Assembly: GCA_012295275.1 (NCBI GenBank)
Contig: CM022666.1
Span: 15,500,001-15,564,000 of the forward strand
Source of the DNA: Chrysomallon squamiferum
Lineage: Eukaryota; Animalia; Mollusca
Direction: 5' to 3'
DNA: 64,000 bases
Numbering within the stretch: position 1 is the stretch's first letter; each line of letters opens with the position of its first letter. The position numbers and the translations under genes are program-made. Below the pieces are notes generated by a model. The model saw nothing but the letters and a program-made list of their open reading frames with translations, ran no database searches and was not told where the DNA came from. Below, one piece after another: positions 27,276-41,724 of the stretch.

Positions 27276-27370
<95 letters not shown>

Positions 27371-28768
27371 ATATGTATATAAATGATTAGTCGTTTTGGT
27401 TATTTATTTATTTATTTATTCAGCAGTGATTTTAATTAACTAAAATTATCAAAAAAAAAAAAAAAAAAAAAAAAGTGGCGTCGCTTTAAGTTGATAACGA
27501 AAATAGAAATCTCCCCAGCGCAGATTGCACAGTTTACATTGAAAACCTGTGAAGTCTGAAAACCAATTTAAACTAACTCACTAATAATAATGGGAGGTGA
27601 AAACAAACCAATAAATAACGAATGAAAACTCGATTTAATCTCGGCAGTGTTGCTATTAGCCGGCTATTTAAAAGATAGTTTGTTATTTCACATTTCTATG
27701 ACGAAGTTTAAAAAAAACCTCCCCGCACGCTTTTACGCTCTGCTCTTTGTAATCTTATGCAACTCGGCGGACAAATCAACGCTTTCTCTTCACTCTTCGG
27801 CTATTGTCGGCTCTGTCGACACGACACGAATTACTTATTCTTCTCGCATTATTTCGATCCTGAATACGAAACTAACTCCGTCTAAAGCAGCTTTACTTTG
27901 AGACCGGCGCGCGGCGTCACCGACTGCTGTGCCGACGTCTATCGTAGCGGAATTTCTATTGGCCTTTTTCAGCAGTTAACTGAAAAATATTTACACTGGG
28001 CTCATGAATCCTAAATCTTGTTTATTGTGCCTCTTCACACATCATTTAAGAGGTTGTATGGGAGTACTCTAAAGTTCGACCCGGTTCCCTCTCCGAGCAG
28101 GACCCCATGCCTGTCTCTGGCGCTGCCTCGCACATTAAAATGACCGTAACTCGTCGGAGGGAGGGATTCGTGAAGGATATTTCTGGCGAGGATTCACGTA
28201 TCGCGGCCACATTTTTCCAGCCATAAAAAGCTTTGCCAGCCATTTGCATGCTGTGTTTTTTTCACATTATATTTGTTTATGCTACTCCCGAAGCAACGAA
28301 AATTTTTAGCCGGATTAAAATATATAAAACTATTATAGAGCCTTGTTCAGTCAAAATCATTTTTTTTTTTTTTTTTTTTTTGCTATCGTTTTGTTTCTCG
28401 TCTGCGAAGTCCATTTACATTTCACGTAAAACGTAGAAATGGTCTGATTGAGTGAGTGTGTGTGTGTCTCTCTCGTCAAAGAAGACTTGTTGATTGATTG
28501 AAGGGAAGGTCATTGTTTATTCAGATTAATCTGAAACAAGTGCAGGTAGCCGAGTTGGAAGGTGTCTTTTCTATAAATAATAAAACGTCTCTACAGACTG
28601 AGTACATCGGGCTGGCACGCAATATCAGTGTGTGACGCGGTGGTCTCGCTCGCAGCTGAAGCTGTTTCTATGGTGATCACGTATTGTCCTTTGAGTTCAG
28701 TGACGTATGGTGGTGATGCCTTGTTTTAGAATTAAATATATTGCATTTTTATGGAAATACCTTGTTTT

Positions 28769-28849
<81 letters not shown>

Positions 28850-29015
28850 ATACAGTAAGCTTTCAGCTTTGATAGTAAAATATTTTGTTTAGAAAATGGT
28901 ATTCACTTATTTTAATATATACATGTGTGTGAGTGTGTGTGTGTGTGTGTTAAATATTTTGTTAAATCTGAGCACTTTTAAATAAAGTATACCTAAACTG
29001 TTTTGCTTATTTTAG

Positions 29016-29072
<57 letters not shown>

Positions 29073-29847
29073 GATAAATAAATAAATAAATAATAAATAA
29101 ATAAATGCAAATAAAGCTTTAGACGTAAAATATTTTGTATGGCCAAATTTCAGTTATTTACTTTAGAAATGAAAGTCTGTATTTTAAGCAAATGGCTTGT
29201 TTTAGAAACAAAAAGTATGTAGTCCAGTGAAGTTTTTAATCATTAATTTTACTCACATATTAAATGTAGTAAAGTGGAGAAAAACTCGTTTTATATAAAA
29301 CTGTGTTAACCAGCTTCAGCAAAACATTTCATAAACTGAAGTCCCGACAAGAAAACAACAACAACAACAACAACAAAAATTAAAAAACGAAAAACAACCA
29401 AACAAACAACAACAAACAAACAAAATAAATAAATAAATAAATAAACAAACAACTACAAAATACAACAATAAAGCAACTAAAAAAAAATCATGATACACAC
29501 TCGATGTACACACAGATGTACACACAGATGTACACACACACACACACAAACAGTCGCACACGAACACACATTCACACAGAAACACACAAACATACAAACA
29601 AACATACACGCATATAAAATTATCTCTTCGCATAAAAACTCGTTTTATAAACAAAGCGGCCGCGGATTGTGTAAAGACTTCTGACTGGAATTCTGGAATT
29701 TCGTCGAGTAATGTTTCAAATGTCGATATGTCCATCTGGCGGACAATGACGTCCAGGAGTGAACAGACAGCTGGAATGTTGAGGTCACTACGACTGTCCG
29801 GGTGGTCAGCGTGGCACTAATGGACACTTTAATACAGGCGGATAAAG

Positions 29848-30200
29848 GTGTTCAATAATCGACTACGTAGAAATGGACTAGGAACTAGTTTGTGTTGTTA
29901 ATGTGTTTATAAATGTTTAATGTGTAGAAATAAATGTGTTTATAAATGTTTAATAATCGACTACGTAGAAATGGACTAGGAACTAGTTTGTGTTGTTAAT
30001 GTGTTTATAAATGTTTAATAATCGACTACGTAGAAATGTACTAGGAACTAGTTTATGTTGTTGATGTGTTTATAAATGTGTTCAATAATCGACTATGTAG
30101 AAATGGACTAGGAACTAGTTTGTGGAACTAAATGTTTATTTTGTTAATCTTTTCAATGTGTTTATAAATGTGTTTGATAATCGACTATGTAGAAATGTAC
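29848..30200 (+). repeat. 65-bp minisatellite
   Basis: Unit aataatcgactacgtagaaatggactaggaactagtttgtgttgttaatgtgtttataaatgttt. About 5 starts (~29854, 29952, 30017, 30084, 30177), some with partial internal duplications. Confidence 0.92.
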
Positions 30201-30353
30201 CGCACTCTTTCACGTTATAACCAGTGCTCCAAAACTTCCTTGTTTGTTAAATGTTCTTTTTTGTTGTCTTGATGCTAATTAAAAGTTTCAGATGATAAGA
30301 AAATAATATGTATTTAACATCGAAATATATATATATATCAGACAGACAGACAA

Positions 30354-30404
<51 letters not shown>

Positions 30405-31309
30405 AGTAAAAACTAAAAGAATATAGAAAGTTGAGACATCAAAACTCTACAAAACAACAGCAACAAAAACAGAAAAACCCAACAAAACAACAACGACGAC
30501 AACAAAATAAACAACAAAATAACCAAAAGACCATCGATCAAACAAATAAATTTAGCAAATAAAAAATTATAGTTTTATTTCAGTAACATAAAAAAGTATT
30601 TTAATAAAATATTTTTATCAGAAATTTTTTTTGTAGTCATTTGATTTTTAAACTCTTTTTTTGAAATTAGAGATTTATTTTTTAAAATAAAAAATACTTG
30701 TTTCAGCATCAATTTTATAAAATTTTAATAAAACTATTTTTTTTGTTTTGGTTTGTTTTTTTATTGTATTTTATTTTTTTTTTTTTAATAAAAATACTAG
30801 CAATTTTAGTAAAATTATCTTCAGTAGAAAAATCACAGTCTTATTTTAATTTTGAAAAATTTCCACTTACACCGGATTTGGTATAGTAAATTATTTTGTA
30901 CGGGTGCAAGACAATTCCTTGTTTTTTGTTTGTTTTGTTTTTCTTGAAAAAATCAAACAAGCAATAGAAAGCGCAGTATATGACACAAACACAGACAACA
31001 ACTGAAACTTTTTAACAGAGATCTTCAGCTTGCTCACAGCGATCGCTCGAAGTCACCAGACGTAGTCAAACAAAATGCAGTCACCCTCCTGCGACCTCAG
31101 CACACACGTCGGCGACTTTCGTTAATGCGCGTCACTAAGCCTGGGATGTTTAAAATTGGGGATGCAAACACCAGAGTAGATAAAAAAGTCGTAAAGGGAA
31201 AAGCACTCGAGAAGAAACGAAGCCATCTTTATCACTCTTTAATTTTTGTTTTGACACGTTTATTACTTTTGATATTTCCTGTACTAACCAGAGCGTGAAG
31301 GATTTTTGA

Positions 31310-31650
31310 TATTTGTAAAACAGAAAATGAAATACTACAGCACAAAATAACAGTTTTCATGTTAATAATACGGAATATGAAATGCAGTAGCACCAAAATA
31401 ACATTTTTAATGTTAATAACACAGAATATAAAATACAATAGTACAGTATAATATTTTTATTAATAATAATACAATACACAATGGTAGAGTATAATATTTT
31501 TAATATTAATAATACAGTGTATAATGTATAATACTAAAGTGTAATATTTTTAATATTATTAATTCATTATATAATATACACTAAAGTATAATATTTTTAA
31601 TATTAATAACACATGTATATAATAATATACTAAAGTAAAATATTTTAATA
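31310..31650 (+). repeat. Decaying ~50-bp AT-rich minisatellite
   Basis: Recurrent ataa(c/t)atttttaat(g/a)ttaataa(c/t)aca core at roughly 50-nt spacing. Confidence 0.65.
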
Positions 31651-31820
31651 CTACATAATAGTCCTAGTGTATATCTCTACTAATGTTTATTATTAAAATA
31701 TATAAAGTATATAAATGAAATTGATATACAATATGTAATATAGATAATTCTACGTTATGTCGTTTTTACGCTAGCGTATATCATTCGAAATATAACTTAT
31801 CGGTGTACTATAATTGTATG

Positions 31821-31877
<57 letters not shown>

Positions 31878-31935
31878 GAGTTTCAGTATTACCTGTATAT
31901 AGTAAGTTATTCTAAAGTATATCAATATTAGTTAC

Positions 31936-32049
<114 letters not shown>

Positions 32050-32378
32050 GTAAAAGATACACACAGTATACATTTCTTTAGGTATATTTAATATTAACTA
32101 GTGTAAAGCTTTATTACTGATCGGTTCAACAAACATGTGTTTGTACGTCTCTAATCCTGGCCCAAGTGAAAATCTTTGTATTCATCGTCGCTGATTAATG
32201 TCACACTAACTTCGCTCTCAGTCTCAAATATTCTCACATTTTTATATTTTTTTTGCTATTTGCTTGTTACAGCTGTCTGTTAGTTATTGTAGTTTAACCT
32301 TTAACCTTTGACCTCACAATTATTATTGACGTCACAATGTAAATAATGTTACAAGATAGGTATTTTACATTTTTACTT

Positions 32379-32427
<49 letters not shown>

Positions 32428-32634
32428 GGATGTACATGATTATGTCTGTATGTGTGTGTGTGTGTGGATGTGTTGTGTGTGCGCGTGTTTGTTATTGTTA
32501 ATCCTGATGTGTTCCTGTTACGATATGTTATTGTTTTATTTATTAATTTTAATTTAAATAATGTTATTGTCAAGAACTATCAAAATTATAAACAAATATT
32601 CGTATTATAGCCCGGACGTTCGCTGTTGTTAATC

Positions 32635-32850
<216 letters not shown>

Positions 32851-33280
32851 CTACTAATAATATAATAATAATTATTGTTATTGTTGTTGTTGTTTTTGTT
32901 GTTAGTAGTAGTAGTAGTAGCAGAAGCAGCAGTAATAGTATCCGTAATAATGATAACGATGATGATGATGATGATGATGGTAACGAAACAAATGCTATCT
33001 TCACTACAGTTTTATTGCTTGTTGAATATCTCTATTTTGTCGTCTTCAGTTTCATTACAGGAGACTCTTATCTGTTACACAAACTCGTGTTAAAAACTAA
33101 TTTTCTTTATTCTCTCATTTGACAAGTCAGCGAATACAGTTCGTGTCACATGCTAAGTAATGTTTGACACGGGTGTACCGTCGGGTCGTATTGTGCGCAC
33201 CTGGTACTTTGAAATTACCCGACTGATAGGAAAATTCAAGACAGGCGTAATTATAGTGTAATATTTAAGAGAAGAAACAG

Positions 33281-33336
<56 letters not shown>

Positions 33337-33341
33337 AAATA

Positions 33342-33380
<39 letters not shown>

Positions 33381-33418
33381 AAAAAAATAATTGTCATGTC
33401 GAGCGATTTGATATGCAT

Positions 33419-34052
33419 GTCACGTGACTGCGCTCGTAATCTGTCTTAAACTTCAAACCGGAACAAAGGATGTTCGTTTGACTTCTGAAGCACTTTGTCG
33501 CAGCTCTGTTTCGTTCGGTTTCAGCTGACTTTTGACCGAGCGAGAAATTAAAGCAGGTTTCAACGAGCTAGAGGGTGTTCGAATTAAAGCGGCCATAAAA
33601 ATTAAATTTTTATAGTCTTTTAAACAGGACTGGTATTCGGTGTCTGTTTTTGTTACGCTGATTGTGTTTCCGCGGACGGGAACGATGTATGAGTCTGATA
33701 TCGAAAGACGACCTTCTTTTCTTTTCTTTTTTTTTATTATTTTTTTTTTCTTTTTTTTTAAACCTCTCTCCCCCCCTCCCCCCCCCCAACCCCACCTCCC
33801 CAGATTACGTGGTTCGTTTGAGGCAGTGTCGAGAGAGAGAGCGAGTTTGTTGTTTAGTAGTAACCGATACGGACGTACTCGCATTACGAACTCCTCTTCG
33901 TTGTTTTGTTCGTGTCGACTCGGTTGTGAACGGACATAAAAACCCGAGCGAACAAAGCGGGTTGGGAGATGACATGCTCTCCGCAAGCCGGGCCCGTAAC
34001 ACTAGAGATCTTCTGACGACGTCGCCCGACAGATGAGATATTTGGCGCGAAA
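33419..34052. promoter_or_regulatory. CpG-rich island with palindromic E-box and double E2F site
   Basis: GTCACGTGAC at 33419-33428 and TTTGGCGCGAAA at 34041-34052. Confidence 0.4.
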
Positions 34053-34591
34053 TCTAGCCCTGTCGTATTACACTGTAAAGCGTAGCAAAAATTAGTACGT
34101 GGTTTCTGATCCTCGAGCGAGATCTGAGGACGACGTATTGCGTGTTTTGGTTGATGTAATACACACTGTAATACAGGTGACTGCTGTTACTTTAACTGCA
34201 GTTTTGAGTTCTGTGATATGCAGTATTAGGTAAACTGGTCTTTTAGAGCAATGCGGTAGATTATATTAGTTAGCTTTTTCGTCCTGTGCAATATGTTTTG
34301 GTCTATACATTGTCATGAATTTTTTTTTGCGAAAGTTACCCTAGCTAGTTTGTTTTCTGAAATATATATATATTATTTCACAAATGATACACTTATACCG
34401 TCAACTATATTTACTACCATACTGTGTGAATTAAACAGTGTATGTTTGTGTGTGTGTGTGTATTTGTGTGTATGTGTAAGATTATACTTGATCGTTCCTG
34501 TTCACACATAAAGATATATAAATAATTATACATACATATACAAACATACACACGTATACAAACATACGAACACATACACACATATATTGTA

Positions 34592-34626
<35 letters not shown>

Positions 34627-34644
34627 ATAATAATAATAATAATA

Positions 34645-34682
<38 letters not shown>

Positions 34683-35168
34683 GACACCAGCAGCAACAAC
34701 AATAATCATCATCATTATAATTATTTTATTATTGTTATCGTTATTACCAATAACATCAATATTATTATTATTATTTTTATTATTGTTGTTGTTGTTGTTA
34801 TTGTTACCATCGTCATCATCATTATTCTTGTCATTATTATTACAGCTATCATCATCATCATCATCATCATAAATATTCCATCAGCATCACCCATATTACT
34901 ATCTAAAATCAAGGCCACGTTAAAAGTATTGCCTTCAACTATCTGAAATAAGGATCGCACAAGCAGTTCAAATAAATAAATAAATACGTAAATAAGTGAG
35001 TAAGTAAATAAATAAGTAAGTAAGTAGGTAAGTAAGTAAATAAAAAATAACAAAAAAAACTAACTAAATAAAAAAAAATAAAATAAAAAAATAAAAAATA
35101 AAATAAATAATTAATTAATTAAAAAAAAAAAGAATAAATAAATAAATAAAAAAAAAAAAAATAAAATG

Positions 35169-35214
<46 letters not shown>

Positions 35215-35784
35215 AAAAAAATAAAAAAAAAAAAAATAAATTAAATAAAGAAATAAAAGAAATAAATAAGAAAAGAAAAGAAAAAAAAGAAATAAAAAAA
35301 AAAAAAAAATAAAAAAAAACGAAAATAAATAAAGAAAGAAACACGCTGAACATTAAATGTTCGCCCCAACACTGTTCCGATCTGCCCGTCTCACAAACTC
35401 GCCCGCCATTAGCACGTGGAATATAAATAAACTGATTATACAGTATAATCGCCCGACTCAAATCTTCAAATTGTCCATTTCTTTACAATGACGTTATTTG
35501 CATCGAGATACGTTCCGCGTGACGTCACCCATTCATGCCTCGCTGAGAGGGAAACGTTTTTTAAAGACTCGAGTGATTGTTCGCGCTTGGCGAGGACTCT
35601 GACAGGCTATTAGTATGTTCGTGAGTTCAGCGCTCTCTCCTCAGTAAGCGCTCTTTTTTTATTTTTTTATTATTGCACTTAAATGAAGTGAAAATAATCG
35701 ACTCGCGACTCTGAATATTTTACCTGTGTGATATTTGTGAATGTCGCTTTAGCTTTTCTTCTGGCAGTGATATTTGTATGAGCT

Positions 35785-35989
35785 TACATACTTACATACA
35801 TATATACATATATATACATACATACATACATACATATATACATATACATACATACATATATACATAAATACATACATACATATATACATATATATACATA
35901 CATACATACATATACATATATACATATATACACATACATATATACATATATACATAAATACATACATACATACATACATATATACATAT

Positions 35990-36022
<33 letters not shown>

Positions 36023-36136
36023 TATATATACATACATACATACATACATATACATACATATATATATATACATACATACATACATATATACACATACATA
36101 CATACATACATACATATACATACATACATACATACA

Positions 36137-36173
<37 letters not shown>

Positions 36174-36180
36174 ATATATG
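35785..36180 (+). repeat. (TACA)/(TA) compound microsatellite
   Basis: About 400 nt of tacata/tacatata variants. Confidence 0.97.
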
Positions 36181-36976
36181 TACTTTCTGAACTTTCATTT
36201 TTTTTTCGTTTTTTTTTCTTTCTTGTTCTTTTTGTTCTTCTTCTTATTATTATTTAATATTTTAATATTTCTTTAAACGATTATGAAGTGTATATTTTAG
36301 AATTTTAATTTTCTTCTCTTTTTTTATTACAACTTTTAACGTTTATGACTTTAGGTATCAGAATTTTTTTTTTTTTTTTTTTTTTTTTTAACGTTTGTGT
36401 TTTTTATGAATTTTTTTCAAAAAAAAAAAAAGGTTTTATTTTTTTCATTTTCTTCTACTTTTTATTTATTTATTGTTTTAAATAATATTTTACGCCTTCA
36501 TGTATTCTCATTCCGAGTTTTCGTTTTCAAATTTGCTTTTTTTTTTGGGGAAAATTTCTTATAACTTTTAATTTTTCTTCTACTTTTTAATTAAAATATT
36601 TTGACCTCTATATACGTACATAAATATCTAATTTTAAATTATTTATTTATTTTGGTATTCCAAATACATATATACAGAGAGAAAAAGAAAAAAAAAAAAA
36701 AAAAAAAAGAAAGAAAAAAAAAAAAAAAATACCCCGAAAAAACAAAAAAAAAAACAACAACAAAAGAAAACAAAAAAAAACTAAAACAACATACATAACT
36801 TCAACCACGACAACAAAATAACCCAGAAAAGAAAAAAGAAACATGACAACTTTAAAACAAAAAAAAAAAAAAAGAAAAACAAACAAAAAAAGTATATTAA
36901 AATAAAGACAAAAAACAAACAAACGAACAGACAAACAAACAAACAAATAAATAAATAAATAAATAAAGTAAGGAAG

Positions 36977-37011
<35 letters not shown>

Positions 37012-37013
37012 AG

Positions 37014-37048
<35 letters not shown>

Positions 37049-37081
37049 GTAAATAAACAAACAAATAAATAAATAAACAAA

Positions 37082-37116
<35 letters not shown>

Positions 37117-37142
37117 ACAAATCAATAAATAAAGTAAGGAAG

Positions 37143-37174
<32 letters not shown>

Positions 37175-37400
37175 GAACAAAGCACAGGAGGACCAGATTC
37201 AAATTTCGCTCCAGCCATACTTGAGGAACTGTTGCTATACCAGCTTAGAACGCGTTGAGCGTGAAGGAAAAACGTAACTGCACTTTGACACTGCGCTTTA
37301 ACCGCTCGTTAAGTTAACTAGCACACAGGGTCTAGTTTATCCAGCCGTCTGGCCACCTGGGCGAAGTGATCTTCACGCCAGGTCAAATTCCCAGCGTTTC

Positions 37401-37418
37401 ATTGGTTGCCGGGGCGAC
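37401..37418 (-). promoter_or_regulatory. RFX X-box overlapping a CCAAT box
   Basis: Minus strand reads GTCGCCCCGGCAACCAAT, which fits GTNRCC-NN-RGYAAC exactly. Confidence 0.45.
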
Positions 37419-37660
37419 CTCTCAAAAACGAGTGCAGCGATTCCATAACGCAACGCGGAAATAAAAGCTACAGTTAATGTCGCGATGCCGTGACCACGCG
37501 CACCTGCTTTTGCCGCTTGGCTGTTACAGTTATTGAAGTGTTAGTTCCAAATATCGCGAGAAACTGCGCTGGGGATTAATTTGTGTGCAAGTCGCGTGAG
37601 ATCTGCTACTTACACACAGAAACCACCGAGCGTGTAAATGCAGTGTGATCAAACTTGCGT

Positions 37661-37696
<36 letters not shown>

Positions 37697-37705
37697 TTAT
37701 TTATT

Positions 37706-37769
<64 letters not shown>

Positions 37770-37914
37770 GTTCTTTATTTTCTTTATTATGATTATTGCT
37801 ATTGTAATTTTTTTTTTTGATTTCAGGGCAATAAAGACTTTAAGAGAGAGAGAGAGCAAAACGAACGTTAGGGATCCAGTCCCATTGTTATTATTATTAT
37901 TGTTATTATTATTG

Positions 37915-37962
<48 letters not shown>

Positions 37963-38396
37963 CTGTTATTTTTATTAATTTTTTTTTTCTTTAAATATGT
38001 TTTCAGGCAAAATTCAGGAGACTAATTATGTGCTTCATTCTGTTATTTTTTATTCATTTTCTCCTCCAAGTATTCAGAACGACAGATACACAAAAGGTCG
38101 AGCTTTTCGTCAAGCTGTTTATGAGAAGGTGCTTATTAAACATTCAGTTTTGCTATTTGTGCAAGTAGCAGTTGTCTGTAGCTATTTAATATTTTTAAAA
38201 TAACAGAGGAAAACAAGAAAAATATAATAAACAAACAAACAAACAAACAAACAAACAAATAAATAAATAAATAAAAATAAAGCAAAAAGAAAATAATATA
38301 TCAGTTTTTTTTTTTTTTTTTTTTTATTAATTTATTTATTTATTGTTTTAATTTTATTATTATTATGGTTTTTTTTGTATTCTTTTTTGATTGATG

Positions 38397-38427
<31 letters not shown>

Positions 38428-39007
38428 GATAGCTAGATAGCTAGATAGACAGAAAAATATATACTAATGTTATGTATGTATGTATGACATATAAATGTTT
38501 TGAATTCTAACCTTTGACTTCTGTCAAGGAATGCGTGTAAGTGTACAGCTATACAACCAACCGCTTCCCAGCCCTCCCCCACCCCACCCCACCCCACCCT
38601 TCTCATCGACTCGCCCCCCCCCCCTCGTCACCCACGCCGCTGACGACGAGTTTTTGTGACACCACAACAGAATCCTAATGACGGCCCTAGTGTCGAATGT
38701 GACACGGGCACTGAAAACCGCGCCCTGGTGCGAAAAACGCGTTTTTCAAACACTGTAGATGTTATCAGCGGGTATCGCTGTCCGCGTTTGCGCCTCGGAA
38801 CAAAGCGACGTGTCCTCGCTTATCCGCGTTCCGCTCGCCTCCCCCAGTCCGGTAACCGATGCTTGCTTAGGCTTTGCCGCTAAGCCGAGGGAGAGCATTT
38901 TTTGTCAAATTGCATTTAAACTGGGGGTCGGCGGGGATTCGGCCCAGCCCCCTAACACAGGTGACAAAGTCCGGTGAAATTTTATTGGTAGCAGATTTTA
39001 AAAAAAA

Positions 39008-39108
39008 ATAAAAATAAAAATAAAAATAAAAATAAAAATAAAAATAAAAATAAAAATAAAAATAAAAATAAAAATAAAAATAAAAATAAAAAAAATAAAA
39101 ATAAAAAT
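39008..39108 (+). repeat. (TAAAAA)n hexanucleotide repeat
   Basis: About 16 copies. Confidence 0.95.
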
Positions 39109-39834
39109 ACACAGGCGAAACGAGATAGCCGTTTTCGTCTTCAGAGATACGGGTGGATTGTTTCGTTGCCGATACAAACACCGTAAATCTTTCGGCGTTT
39201 TTTTTTTTTTTTTTTTTGTCTACAGCGTGTTATTCGTTTTCAGTGTTTAACATCAACAGGATTTTTTGGAGAAAAAAAATAAAAAAAAAAAAAAAAAAAT
39301 AAAAATAAGAAAAAAAAATAAAAAAATCGGTGATCGCTTTAATTACACGTCTGCAGGTGTTTGACACTGCGTTCTGTCATTAAGAAAAAAAATTCACCCA
39401 CACCTCGACATCAAGATGGCTGGATCAGATTACAAGACAGACATGTACGTACATACACATTACCTGCACCGCCTCTTTACACGTGTTTCTCATTTGCTGG
39501 GGTGGGGGTAGGGGGCAGGGGGGGTAAGGTACATGACACCAGCTGTGCTGCACGTGCGAAATGTCTGTTCGGAATTTTGGGAGGTGAAAAACAGATTATA
39601 TGTAATTATGCCTCAGTGTGTGTGTGTCTTCATATAAGTAAAATATACTTCATTTTTTTTTTTGATATGATATTTTCAAATATAACATAAAATGTATTCA
39701 TCTTCAGTTATACCAAGATAAAAACTGTAACGGCCAAAACATACATCAGTATGAACGTGTTCTTGAAAGGATCTTACATTGTCACATTTTCTATTCTAGA
39801 ACGGGAAAGAAATAAAATAAAAGATTAATAAAAA

Positions 39835-40065
39835 TAAGTTTTATTTGAAGAAGCACTCAGCACGTTTATTTACATTGTTACCCGATATCTTAGACAAAGT
39901 TAACGATTATTCAAATAATTAGAAGGCAAAATAATGCGACAATGGAAAGATTACTTTTTGAGATTAGCAATAAGGAATGTGTTTTATGCTCCCTCCCATA
40001 AACAGGTAAAAATATATGAAGATTTTCATAAATCAACGTGGTGACGTCACTGAATAGGGATAGGG
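39835..40065 (-). mobile_element. Degenerate SINE copy (same family as 14058-14266)
   Basis: ttttatttgaagaagcactcagcacgtttatttac...actttttgagattagcaataaggaatgtgttttatgctccctcccataaacagg. Related fragments lie at ~58900-59000 and 59115-59180. Family identity is from memory. Confidence 0.45.
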
Positions 40066-40914
40066 AGGAGCACATTATCTTTTAATTTACCCTGGTCATA
40101 ATTCAGCGACGTTTTGAAGTAGGCCCATGCACTTTACAAAATACAAATAGAATGTGTTGCAAGCAGTGATAGATAAAACAGAACTGCCAACAAAGAAGTG
40201 AAAATCATCTCTGTGACATCGCCGACATGTTTCGTGTCAGAAAGAGATAAGAAGTCTGTTTGTGATTTACGTTTTCCTCCGAGGATGTGTTGTTCGTCGT
40301 CAAAGTGTGACCGTTATGAACTGCAAGGCGTCAGACGTCATTCCCGTGTTTGTCGTACATTAACGTAACTCGTTTAGTATTCTCCGTTCTGTATTTTGTT
40401 TCCTGTAACGACTGAACCAAAGGCCACGCTACTCATCTGAAAACTGGAAACTGTAGAACTTCCTTTGTACGATTATAAAACAAAGTTTAATTCGTCGCAG
40501 TTTACTGCCATGTTTCAGATTGGAAAATCACGTTTTTATTGCTTCTTTTATTTTCCGATGCTATCCTACTGTGAAGGACGCTGCGCGTGCACGTTGTAAT
40601 TTCACCTGCACGTGAGATGCACGTTCGGCGCGCGCACCATGGCGGTATTATGAGAGAAGACGGAGAGTGTTAATTAAAAACTGATTGAATTACCTCGAAC
40701 AGAATAGTGAGATTCGTGGCGGGAAGTCGGCAGACGATAAACTAAACGAGCTACAAATCGAATGACGATTATGATTCATATTTTTATTGGTGTATGAGTT
40801 TTTCTCAAGTTACATTTTACAGTTTATCGACGAGTTCGAGAAATGAAATCGTTTAATGAGAAATCTGCTCCAACTGTCCTTCATAAATTCATTATTTGGT
40901 TTACGGTAGACTGA

Positions 40915-40953
<39 letters not shown>

Positions 40954-40997
40954 TTTTTTTACTCTTAATAACAGAAAATCAATTAAAAATAATAATA

Positions 40998-41011
40998 ATT
41001 ATATAAAAAAA

Positions 41012-41102
<91 letters not shown>

Positions 41103-41208
41103 ACAAGGGTTCAGATAATGTAAAAGTAAGAGAGACGGAGAAAGAGAAAGAGAGTCGGAGAAATACAGACAGAGTCAGAGAGAACTAGAAAAAGAGAGAG
41201 AAAAGATG

Positions 41209-41303
<95 letters not shown>
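40998..41303 (+). repeat. Two (GA)n tracts, each followed by a related acaaggg(t/c)tc tail
   Basis: GA runs at 40998-41099 and 41212-41303. Confidence 0.9.
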
Positions 41304-41306
<3 letters not shown>

Positions 41307-41669
41307 AGGGCTCGGAATTATAAAAGAGAAAAACAGAGAAACGGACGATCTGAACTTGACAGTAAAAGAGATGATGAGAAACAAAGGTATGAAGACAAAG
41401 AAATGAGATTATAGTGAAACAAACGTAGAGAGAAAAGAATGGCAGGTACACGGAGAGAAAGAGACAGAGGAAAAAAGATATGAAAGGAGACAGATACAGA
41501 AATAAATATAGAGACAGGGAGAAAAGAAGAGAAAGGGACAGAGAGATATATAGAAAGAGACAGAGAGAGAGAGAGAGAGAGAGAAAAAAAGTCGCTTTGA
41601 CGTTAAATCTATCTAAACGCGATTTAAAATCATCAGAGACAGGTTACAGATTAAGACTAGTCTGATTTA

Positions 41670-41724
<55 letters not shown>

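Noticed and set aside
29848-30200. CRISPR-like repeat-spacer appearance
   Set aside because: Eukaryotic context, spacers homologous to each other and no cas genes. It is a minisatellite.
33453-34036. Cluster of 65-177 aa ORFs on both strands
   Set aside because: All but one cross poly-T/poly-C runs, none has a domain or splice support, and the region looks regulatory.
40304-40320. Partial resemblance to miR-2001 (gtgaccgttat)
   Set aside because: The 3' half does not match and no hairpin partner is evident.
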